45,673 bases of DNA from Octopus bimaculoides. Taxonomy: Eukaryota. The translations under genes and the position numbers were made by a program. Positions 35,950 to 45,673 of this stretch are shown here, piece by piece (positions within the stretch are counted from its first letter, which is position 1; every line of letters begins with the position of its first letter). The notes below the pieces were generated by a model. It saw only the letters and a list, made by a program, of their open reading frames with translations, did no database searches and had not been told where the DNA came from. The stretch lies in contig NC_068993.1 of assembly GCF_001194135.2 (NCBI RefSeq), positions 58,224,251 to 58,269,923 of the forward strand. Direction: 5' to 3'.

Positions 35950-36706
35950 CAGAGTGCATTCAAGGAGTTTGGGTTCGAGACTTTTACAGGTCAGACTTTA
36001 ATTTCCTCCAAAGCAGGATCCTCTGACTTCAATGTATTTGTAGCAAGGCCCCATGGAAGTCCTACAAAGGGAGTGCGTCTAGAACCCTTCTCATCTTTTC
36101 CTTCGGGCTGGAGGATAGTCAAAAACTACACAGGACAAGGTTTGGATTGTAGATGGGGCGAGGGGCAGATTTGATACCCATTTCTATCAAATAGTTAATC
36201 AGAAGAGAATTGTGGACTGGAGAATTGTGGACTGGCTTTTCACGAGGAAATATATTCCTGAACTCCTTCAAATTCTCCACAAAGTACGCTTCGTTGACTG
36301 TCTGGCTAAAGATAAGCCAGTGGATGTAGATAATGCGCTTGCTGTCGAAAAAGGGTAGCATCATGTGCTTCCCGGTTGACTTGCTTTGTCTAACCTCTAG
36401 TGACAGCGAAAAACCTACACCAGTTAATCCATACGCAATCTCGAGCATTTCGTTAAGTTTCTATTGCGTTTTTGCCCAGGTTGATATAAACTATTTTTAA
36501 CACAACGAGCTTCTAAATTGTCTTCACGTGCCGACTGCAATCTGCAACTTAGTGCTGTTACAGCCGTCTGCTCCCATCTGGAGTAACAAAAACCGGCAGG
36601 TCAGCTTATTAGATCTATTGTAAGTGTATACTTTAATTAGAATAATCTGGGACATTTACAACTGCCTCTCCTACTAAAGGCCTCATAGCTTCTGGAATGC
36701 ACCTCG
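35950..36706 (-). mobile_element. internally deleted mariner DNA transposon with both TIRs and TA TSDs
   Basis: Ends TA-CAGAGTGCATTCAAGGAG (35948) and, on the minus strand, TA-CGAGGTGCATTCCAGAAG (36708); transposase remnants lie between them. Confidence 0.85.
35983..36530 (-). pseudogene. mariner transposase remnant
   Basis: EDNLEARC..NLGKNAIET..EMLEIAYG (N-terminal HTH start) is fused to VRQSKSTGKHMMLPFFDSKRIIYIHW..QTVNEAYFVENLKEFR..PVHNSLLINYLIEMGIKSAPRPIYNPNLVLCSF (cf. YSPDLAPCDF), then RVLDAL..DFHGA and YIEVRGSCFGGN*. Confidence 0.85.
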
Positions 36707-37069
36707 TATGTATGTAGGTATAAACATATGAAGAGATGGAAAGATAGAGAGACGGAATGGAGGGTGATAGTTGAGTAGATTCGTACATACTAATTAATGT
36801 CCTTAATACATTCCTTATAAGTAGAACATAGTGCACGACGTGCAGCCGAAACCGAGGCAGTGAACCTATTCTCCTGTGTAGTTGTTACAGCATTACTTTC
36901 ATTAGAAACATTTAGTTCACCTACTTTACTATCCTGCAACAGCTGCCTGTTTTGCTCATAATTGAAGTCAGGTGTACCTGTGAGACTAATGAGGTCTTTT
37001 TCGCTTTTATCATGTCATATATTTTCTTCATTTCATTTCTTTCTACTTGTTATAAAAACCTCATTTTAT

Positions 37070-37074
37070 TATTA

Positions 37075-37147
<73 letters not shown>

Positions 37148-37198
37148 CATTATTATTATTATTATAATTATTATTATTGTTGTGGCAAATAAATGAAA

Positions 37199-37241
<43 letters not shown>

Positions 37242-37256
37242 GGCAAATAAATGAAA

Positions 37257-37287
<31 letters not shown>

Positions 37288-37301
37288 GGCAAATAAATGA
37301 A

Positions 37302-37333
<32 letters not shown>

Positions 37334-37376
37334 TGATTATTATTTATTACTATTATTATTTTTAATATTATAATCA

Positions 37377-37437
<61 letters not shown>

Positions 37438-37438
37438 T

Positions 37439-37469
<31 letters not shown>

Positions 37470-37527
37470 TTATTATTATTATCATTATCGNNNNNNNNNN
37501 NNNNNNNNNNNNNNNNNNNNNNAATCA

Positions 37528-37588
<61 letters not shown>

Positions 37589-37589
37589 T

Positions 37590-37620
<31 letters not shown>

Positions 37621-37641
37621 TTATTATTATTATCATTATCG
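37070..37641. repeat. compound (ATT)n/(ATC)n/(GTC)n array with embedded 18-bp units
   Basis: Read directly from the sequence; TGGCAAATAAATGAAATC occurs three times. Confidence 0.95.
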
Positions 37642-37792
37642 AGCTCATTACTTTTGAGAGTGTTTTGCATTCTGTTAAAGAAAGACTCGACTAGAGCCAA
37701 CCTGTAACGACCATCAATCACCGCCACACACACACAACTTAAATACACTAGCATCGACGAAAACGACTACCACCATCACCACCACCACCACC

Positions 37793-37823
<31 letters not shown>

Positions 37824-38284
37824 CTATTACTATGACAGCAAAAACAAAAACAACAACAACAGCAGCTAGCTGAATCACAGCAGTTTATATATATATACAT
37901 ACACCTGAAGCAACACTTAATCCCGAGCTTTATGCATATACACAAATCTCAGCCAGACACTTATCTACAATGAAGATTAGGACGAAGAAATTGGAGATTA
38001 TAAATGGATAATGACATGCCTTTAGCGATAATTAGTAGGTTGGATTAAGTGTATCGTGGAGTGGTAAAAGAGGAAAATCAGTTTCTTTTGATTGTTGGCC
38101 ACACAAAATCTGTCAGATTTATATATATATATATATGACAGATTAATCATATCAATTAAGCAATTAAAATGTAGCAGTTGGTTGTAAAGTTTAAGAGATT
38201 CAAAAGCCAGAGATAGATTTTTACAGTGGCTCGGTTCTTGAAGTGGAGCAACACCGACCTAAATACGATGGGTTTTAATGGCGG

Positions 38285-38730
38285 AGTCATTGTTGGTGGT
38301 GTTGGCGTAGATGGCGGTGGTGGTGGTGGTGGTGGTTGTTGTGGTGCTGGTGATGGTGGCGGTGGCGGCGACGGTGGTGGTGGTGGTTGTGGTGCTGGTG
38401 CTGGCGTTGTCGTTCGTAATGTTGTTGTTGTCGTTGTTGGTGGTGGTGGTGTTATTGTTGTTGGTGATGGTCCTGGTTCCTGTGGTGGCGGCGGTGGTGA
38501 TGGTGAAGTTTGAAGTGGTAGCGGTGGTTATGCTGTTGTTATTGGTGGTGATCGTAGTCATGTTAGTGGTAGTGGTGATGATGTTGGTGTTGGTGGTGGT
38601 GGTGGTGGTGGTGGTGGTGGTGGTGTGATAGCGGTGATGCTACACGTGGTATTGGTGGTTGTGCTATTGGTGGTTGTGCTATTGGTGACAGAGGCAGTGG
38701 TGTGTACGAATTTGGTAGTAATGATGGTAG
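38285..38730. repeat. degenerate (GGT)n low-complexity tract
   Basis: Read directly from the sequence; includes a 15-bp unit three times at 38646-38690. Confidence 0.85.
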
Positions 38731-38849
38731 TTGGTAGTTAAGGATGAGAAATTGAGCAGAGTTTTACAGAACATGCAGATCAGGTGCAAACAAACATACT
38801 GTTGGTGACGGGGTCAGCAAATCGAGCTTCGAGTAGAGGAGCATTATAG

Positions 38850-38975
38850 AGACTTTGACTTTCATGATTCTTCGGGGTCGATAAAATAAAGATCAGTTGA
38901 TCACTGGGGGTCGATGTAATTGATTAGCGTCTTCATCCAAAATGTCAAACCTCGTGCCTAAAGGAAAACGGATTA
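38850..38975 (+). mobile_element. SINE family B, 3' part, diverged
   Basis: GACTTTGACTTTCAT..TTCGGGGTCGATAAAATAAAGATCAG..CACTGGGGGTCGATGTAAT. Confidence 0.7.
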
Positions 38976-39364
38976 CGTTCTTAGAGCAAAGATGCATGAA
39001 ACCTTAATGAGGTTTTTTAATCAGTGGATTATTTCGTAAATGAAGAAACAGCTACGAGGCTCGCTAAAAGGTTTAATATTTTATGCAACACATTTCAATT
39101 GCTAGGAAACAAACGAGCAGCAAAAGAACAAAAAAGGTGAGGTGGGGCAAGCAGCTGAAGATGGACGGGTAGGGAGCAATGGGACGCAAACCCCAGAATA
39201 AATTCTGTGTTCAGGTGTGCCCTGCGGCCATAACAGCGACTGCGTTGCAGCGGAGAATAGCCAGCGACGAAAATTTCTGAAAAGAGGTTGAAAATCTGAA
39301 CAAGATCAAAATTTTCCAATTGGCCTTCATCTTTTTAGTTTACTTCTCCCATTCTTTCTTTCTG

Positions 39365-39545
<181 letters not shown>

Positions 39546-39549
39546 CTTT

Positions 39550-39760
39550 CTCTTTTACTCATTTTACTTGCTTCACTCATTTGACTGCGGCCATGCTGGA
39601 GCACCGCCTTTAGTCGAGCAAATCGACCCCAGGACTTATGCTTTGTAAGCCTAGTACTTATTCTATCGGTCTCTTTTTGCCAAACTGCTAGATTACGGGA
39701 ACGTAAGCACACCAGCATCGGTTGTCAAGCGATGTTGGGGGGACAAACACAGACACACAA

Positions 39761-39801
<41 letters not shown>

Positions 39802-39832
39802 CATATATATGACGGGCTTCTTTCAGTTTCCG
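39550..39832 (-). mobile_element. SINE family A, 5'-truncated
   Basis: High-identity match to the reverse complement of 1610-1890. Confidence 0.9.
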
Positions 39833-41149
39833 AATATTTGAACTGGTAACAAGTTTGTATTTGTACGCATCACTACTTAGCGCAGTCCCCCCGTATCACA
39901 ATGGTAACCACCACTATAACCATCATCGTTGTCGTGCTCACCATCATCACTTCGATTATTTTTCGTAAGTCTTTGCTGCCAGTCTTGATGTAGCTGCTCT
40001 TGTAATAATACTAAGAGCTTGTATTGTTGTTATTGCTCCTGTCGTTGTTGCTGTTGCAATGGTTACAATTATTAGTATTTTAATTAAAATAGAAATAACA
40101 CAAGAATTATTGTTGTTGTCATAAATGGAACTGTTGACCTTTAACCCCTGGTCTGTCATGATCAACTGGCCTATATTCGACGACATTGCAACCATGACTC
40201 TTTTATCTTTGTTCCTGTTTTTTTCTTTTGTTTTTTTTTTTGGTCGGTGGGATAGTATATTTAGGAATACTCTACGTAATATGTCTCCTGTTTAATACGA
40301 AACTTTGAGATCTTTAAGGAAGATTTGGCTGCTATTTCGAACTGGTTCAATGACCGCGTAATCGCCCCGTCTGTTTTGTTATTGGAAGTGATGTTGTCGC
40401 TATTGTTGCTGTTGTTGTTGTTGTGATGCTTTGATAATGGTCGTTGTTTTTGAACTTGATGATTATGATCATGATGATGATTATAGTTGTGGTTTTGTTG
40501 CTGTTGCTGTGACTGTTTATTTTCGGAACATTTAACAGGTTTTGCAGGAAATGTTTGTCATATTTGTCGCTGACAAAGTGTAAACATAAATTCATAGATT
40601 GCTTCTAGATTATTATTTTAATGAAAACAACAACAACAACAATAACAACAAGAGTAACCACAGCAACAGTAGAGTACCTCTAAACAGTGGCTTGCTCTAG
40701 TAGAAATAACAGCTAAATCTATCTCAAAAAAATAAGAGCGACTCATTATATGTATATGTGATCTGGGATACAAAGCGTTTCATCATAGTTCTTCACAATG
40801 AAAGCTGCCCTGGGCTAAGCAACCGGTATCAGAATTACAGCAACATCAGTTATAGAACTTGACCTATTGGGACAGGGAATAACAATTACTTCTTAATTAA
40901 ACCTCATCCTTTAATCTTAAAAGATGGACGCAAACATTTGGTAAAGTGGTCTTAGACTACCTTTGAAAGAAAAGCCAGAATTATTACAGTTGAGCTCCTT
41001 TGTTTGTAGGTTTGCTTGAGCAAGATCTTTCTATATTTAAACAACGACAATAATAATAAGGATAGCAAAATGAGCGGAGTAACATTAGATGCAACAACAG
41101 TGAATGCAGTGACAATCATAAATGCAATGAGGCAACCGGGAAGCGATTA

Positions 41150-41446
41150 CTTATTTTGCTTCTTTCAGTCATTTGTCTGCGGCCAGGCTGGAGCACCGCC
41201 TTAAAGGGTTGTTCTTTTAGTCGAAAAAATCGACTCCAGGACTTAGTCTTTGTAAGCCTAGTACTTATTCCATCGGTCTCTTTTGCCGAGCAGATACGTT
41301 ACGGAGTATGTAAACACACCCAAATATCGGTTGTCAAGCGATGGTGGGGAGACAAATACAGACAAAATCAGACATATGAATATGTACATATATATATACG
41401 TACAAACATATATATATATATATGTACATATCTATCTATCTATCTA

Positions 41447-41488
<42 letters not shown>

Positions 41489-41642
41489 TGGCTTCTTTCA
41501 GTTTTCTTCTCCCAAACTCCCGAATTCACTCAAATGGCTTTGGTCGGCCCAAGGCTATAGTAGAAGATATTTGTCCAGGGTGCCATGCAGTGGGACTAAA
41601 CCCATAACCATGTGGTTGGGAAGCAAGTTTCTTACCACATAG
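41150..41642 (-). mobile_element. SINE family A, nearly full length, diverged
   Basis: Tail, internal TA tract, CORE-like block and head are all present in reverse complement. Confidence 0.88.
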
Positions 41643-42376
41643 ATTGAAAATCTGCTGGCCACGGATGAAATTTCGTACTTTTTGGCGTTGAAATATCTTT
41701 CCTTAGGAAGCCCCCGAGAAACGTACGAAAAACTTGGTTTAAATCTTATGAATAAAACCATCATTAAAAATATAGGCTCCTTTCAACAAGTCATAAACCA
41801 TTGGGTGTTCTAATTAGGAATTGGCTGCAATGCTTGTCATCTAGTATTTATCATGCGTAGAAACACATGAATTAATGACGTAGTTATCACTTACCTCCAT
41901 TACAACCAATAAACATTTAGTAATGGTTTACCACCATTTCACCGCCAAAATATCTCACTCACAGTTTGTTCATTCCGTTTTATTAGGTAAAACGTTATTC
42001 GTGATGAATAGCCAATGTGAATTTAAGTTTTCTCTATAGTTAGTTGCCGGTCTCGTCATTACAAATTAAATGCAATAATTTTGAATGCTAGCATCATTTA
42101 TGGTTCATTTGCCTATTTTTATTAAATATATTAAATCAATATTATAAAGTGTATGAAAGTAACAAAGAGCTGCCGGCCAAAGTCCTCTGTTCAATGAATA
42201 ATGAACAGTAGTAAATTAATTTTTTTCTCTGTGGGAAGTGTGTATGTGTGTACGTGTGTGTGTGTGTGTGCGCGAGTAGTATGAGTGGAGTTGGTGTGTG
42301 TGTGTGCGCTTACATGTGTGTGCGTGCATGGATACATGTTTGTGAATGCATGTGTGTGTGTTTGTGTGTGTGTGGG

Positions 42377-42728
42377 TGTCTTATTAGTTAAAGATTCGGT
42401 TACACTTTATATAAAGTATAAGCTTCAACAATTATTATTTGACCAAGCATAACGGATAAGAAAAAGGATCTGAAAGGGACCCTGCATTTAGACAAGCTTG
42501 CATTAAAAAGAAAAAACCTTTATACGCACAGCAACCTTTTTTCTTTCAAAGACGTTAATAAAAAAGCTTGTGTAATGCAAGAGAGTTTTGAAGTGTGTGA
42601 ATTAATTGAAAAGAAAGTGAAACCACGCATGTAAGGTGAATTTCTGAAGAAAAAAGTGTTTAGTTGTTGTTGCATGAAGCTTTAGCTATAGAGAAAGTGA
42701 AATTGAGAATATTTGTTTATTAAGGACG
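42377..42728 (+). pseudogene. hAT (SPIN/GTF2IRD2-like) transposase relic, N-terminal zinc-finger region
   Basis: With stops and frameshifts: CLIS*KDSVTLYIKYKLQQ / YYLTKH / DLKGTLHLDKLALKRKNLYTHSNLF / SFEVCELIEKKVKP..GEFLKKCL / ENICLLRT, collinear with CLIC..LKEYNL.RHY.TKH..SF.VS.LIAK..KP..GEF.KEC..ISLSR. Confidence 0.72.
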
Positions 42729-42799
42729 AAAGAATCTAACTCGTGTTAAGGACAAGAGTAAATAAAATTCAAGTGTTCTTACGACATGCAGTATCGGTA

Positions 42800-43000
42800 T
42801 TTATGGTTTGTAAAACAACATACGCCGCAAAGTTCACAGGCAACAGGTGGACTTGTGCAGTTGCCGAGCGGTATCGTATCCAAAAGACCGGAAAAGGTCG
42901 CTTGGTAGTCCACGACAATGGGAAGACGATTTAGTTGAGCAATTTCGGTGAAGGTGGGGAAAAATGGTGCAACCAAGACAACATTAGAAGCGCATTGTGA
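42800..43000 (+). pseudogene. RTE-clade LINE ORF C-terminal relic
   Basis: KFTGNRWTCAVAERY / PKDRKRSLGSPRQWEDDLVEQF..RWGKMVQ..KRIV (cf. DNRWT.AV.EWYPRDRKRP.GRP..RW.DD). Confidence 0.72.
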
Positions 43001-43264
43001 CTAGTGTGTATGGCAGTATTTGATGGTCTGGTCAATGCAATGATACTGCAAAACAACAGAGGTAAATATAGTAAATACGACACATATGGTTATATGCTCG
43101 TGGGAAAAACGGCGAAATTTCCTATAAAAACGAGATACATTGCATTAAAGTCAATATATAATAGCCTATTGATGTACAATTTTCTAAAGTCAAATCAGAA
43201 ATAAGCGAATTTGATTTACCCAACGAAAAGCTTATGGCTACTTCTAGTGCTCCGGCTATGGCAG

Positions 43265-43340
43265 GATTCCAACACTGGAGGTCGATTTAATCGACTTACC
43301 CATTCCTCACAAGCTTCGTGCCAGAATTTAAAACTAATAT
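43265..43340 (+). mobile_element. SINE family B, 3' end fragment
   Basis: CACTGGAGGTCGATTTAATCGACTT..CGTGCCAGAATTTAAAAC. Confidence 0.6.
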
Positions 43341-44842
43341 TCCCAGCAACTTAAATTATCTAATTTTGAAATTTTAAGGTTAATTGTAGATTCAACTAAT
43401 TTAGTTTTTCTGGTTGATATGAGCTTTTCTCATCACTGCACTTGTTTGTAACTCAATTCAACAGGAAAATAATGTTTAATCTATTTCCCAATAGGCCAAC
43501 ACTGCGAGTTTATTCGGTGGGCTTCGTGAATGAGCAGTATAGGACGAGCACATAAAGGAAATACGATTACTCTAAGTTGCCCAATTCCTTCCCCGCTAAC
43601 AAGAAGTATTTCGAAAACAGCACGAGGACTTCTAGGAGTCATGACCTGATCTAGGTGATTCCACCTCCCTTTAGTGTATTAGGAAGTAACAGCCCGAAAT
43701 AGTTGTTTACCGGTTATCCTTCGTCTGAAGAGTTCCCCTGCTGTTCGTTCAACCGGGAGCGAGTTTTCACTCACTGTTGCAATACTGAATTCGCCGTAAC
43801 TAAAATCTTTAGCGGAATCGTTTCATCCTACAACATCACTTTTAAAAGACGTTTAGAAATTTACTAACTTAATGAGCTTGAACAATGAGTAGCCAATACG
43901 TTGAACAACCAAAATTCCTTTTGATGTAATGACAAATAAAACTGTTGAAACTTTGCAAACCAAATTAATTCTTTTACACTTGACTTAGAATTTGATATTC
44001 AAATTTAACAGTTTATACATTTTATAAATCTTATTTAGATATTAAAAAAATATCAGGGAATAAGGAATTTCATATTGAAAATTCTATTATTGTCGTTGTT
44101 TTATATATTTTTTTTGTACCATTTACTACCACAAACAGGAGGTTTTTGTATTTTGTTTTGTTTTTCACATCATTAAATTCAGCCAAGAACAATTTACGTG
44201 TTAGCCTCAACGATAATAATCTTGGAAACTTAATAAAAATGATCGCATCAGCAGTCGTTCAGAATACTCCAAGGTTTCTAGCGCAAAGCAGAACCAACGT
44301 CTTCATTTCAAGGTAGTTTAAGAAACTCCATTAAAAATTTAAAACATTACACCCTGTGGCGAACTTAGCATTTAGATATTTACGGTGTTTGTTTAATTAA
44401 TGAAAATAGTGTCTTCATTCGTTTTAATTAATGTTGCTTGATGTGAGTTTGTGCATTTTTCTGAATTCCTAAACTACGAAATTCGATAATTTTCTCAAGG
44501 CGACACCTTGGCGCAGGTGATTTATACAATTTTGAAAATTGATGTACCTTATATCTTTGTTTTGTTTTATTGCTGGTTTCAGTCATTGAATTTAGCCAAA
44601 CCAATGGGTCTCAATGGTCTCCCAATGCGTATTTTGTTAAACCTCTTGCCGAACCGCTCAGTTGCAGTCGCACGCATAAATTCATGTATTTATACATATC
44701 ATCTATATATATATTATGGTGCCCCACTATGGCTACAGTCTAATGACTGAAACAAGTAAAAGATAGACGGTAAACTTATGTATGCACGTATGTATATATA
44801 TATATATATATATATTTCCCGAGCGTCATACTNNNNNNNNNN

Positions 44843-44873
<31 letters not shown>

Positions 44874-44904
44874 CTGTGTGTGTGTGTGTGTATACAAACA
44901 GACA

Positions 44905-45095
44905 TGCAGCACGCCAGGCGAAATGCCTAACGGTATTTCGTCTGTCTTTACGTTCTGAGTTCAAATTCTGCCTAGGGATTCTCCCCTTTATTCTTTCGGG
45001 GTCGATAAATTAAGTATCAGTTGCTTACTGGGTTCGATCTAATCGACTGGCCCTTCACCCAAAATTTTGGGCCTTGTGCCTAGAGTAGAAAAGAA
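44905..45095 (+). mobile_element. SINE family B
   Basis: CACGCCAGGCGAAATGC..TTCTGAGTTCAAATTCTG..GGGGTCGATAAATTAAG..GCCTTGTGCCTAGAGTAGAAAAG. Confidence 0.85.
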
Positions 45096-45153
45096 AAGAA
45101 TATATTGTAAATAAATTGAAAAAATATCGTCATATAATAAATATTGCAGCAAA

Positions 45154-45372
45154 ATGGCGACGAGCCGACAGAGTAGTTAGCAGACCGGATGAAATGCTTA
45201 GCGGAAATTTCGTCCGTCTTTAGGTTTTGAGTTCAAGTTCCGCCCAGGTTGGCTTTGCGTTTATCCTTCACAGGGTTGATAAAATAAGTACCAGTTGAGC
45301 ACTGCGGTTGATCTAATTGACTTCTCCACACGACCCGTGAAATTGCTGGCCTCGTGCCAAAATTTGAAGCCA
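45154..45372 (+). mobile_element. SINE family B, diverged
   Basis: GGCGACGAGCCGACAGA head, GAGTTCAAGTTCCGCC, TAAAATAAGTACCAGTTGAGCACTG. Confidence 0.82.
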
Positions 45373-45673
45373 ATATTGCCGAAAATGAAACGACTGTTAG
45401 GGCTCTAACACGCTGATGCAATTAAAATTTCTACAAAGGGTCCATTATGGCCACTGATATCAAACGTAATGTAAATTGCACGGGTAAGAGGAGCTGCTTT
45501 TTATAAAAATATTATGACAGCTTATTTATGTCCCCGCTTTCTCAGTTCAAACAGAACCGGATTGAACTTTGCTTTATATCTATTTTAGACAGAATGTATA
45601 TTGTAAATAATAAATTCTAATATACATACATGCATACATACATATCTATATCTATATATATATATATATATAT

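Noticed and set aside
35914-36174. 86-aa plus-strand ORF that looks protein-like
   Set aside because: It is the antisense shadow of the mariner transposase C-terminus.
37370-37641. About 118-bp direct duplication on either side of the 32-N gap at 37491-37522
   Set aside because: Identical sequence at both gap edges is most simply unmerged overlapping contig ends.
39901-39970. MVTTTITIIVVVLTIITSIIF followed by a perfect GTAAGT donor (signal-anchor-like first exon)
   Set aside because: It lies in a decayed ATC/ACC repeat that gives hydrophobic reads by default, with no promoter or partner exon support.
43775-43827. Possible 53-nt minus-strand exon (DETIPLKILVTANSVLQ) with a GTGAGT donor
   Set aside because: The acceptor is weak, the segment is short and no homology is recognised.

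Overview
Eukaryotic, AT-rich, repeat-dense genomic DNA. About 4.9 kb is N, in 14 scaffold gaps mostly flanked by (TA)n. The SINE families, LINE tails and extreme microsatellite load point to an octopus draft assembly; this is an inference from recalled repeat families, not a database hit. I cannot identify a host protein-coding gene with confidence, and there is no rRNA, true tRNA or CRISPR array, so the window reads as intron or intergenic DNA. It contains three tRNA-headed SINE families (called A, B and C here, about 25 copies), relics of R4/Dong-clade and RTE-clade LINEs, an internally deleted mariner with both TIRs, a hAT transposase relic, two foldback/MITE-like elements and many simple repeats. 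Most ORFs in the supplied track are artefacts of microsatellites or N runs. The best second-look items are: a minimal type-I hammerhead ribozyme motif at 19833-19872 (minus strand, one extra A in the core); a possible SINE-head/LINE-tail chimera at 25964-26183; a TIR pair enclosing a SINE fragment at 28609-29000; a SINE nested in a SINE with both TSDs intact at 24629-25273; and an unexplained 222-codon ORF at 11230-11898. None of these is shown to be a new biological system; they are testable leads.
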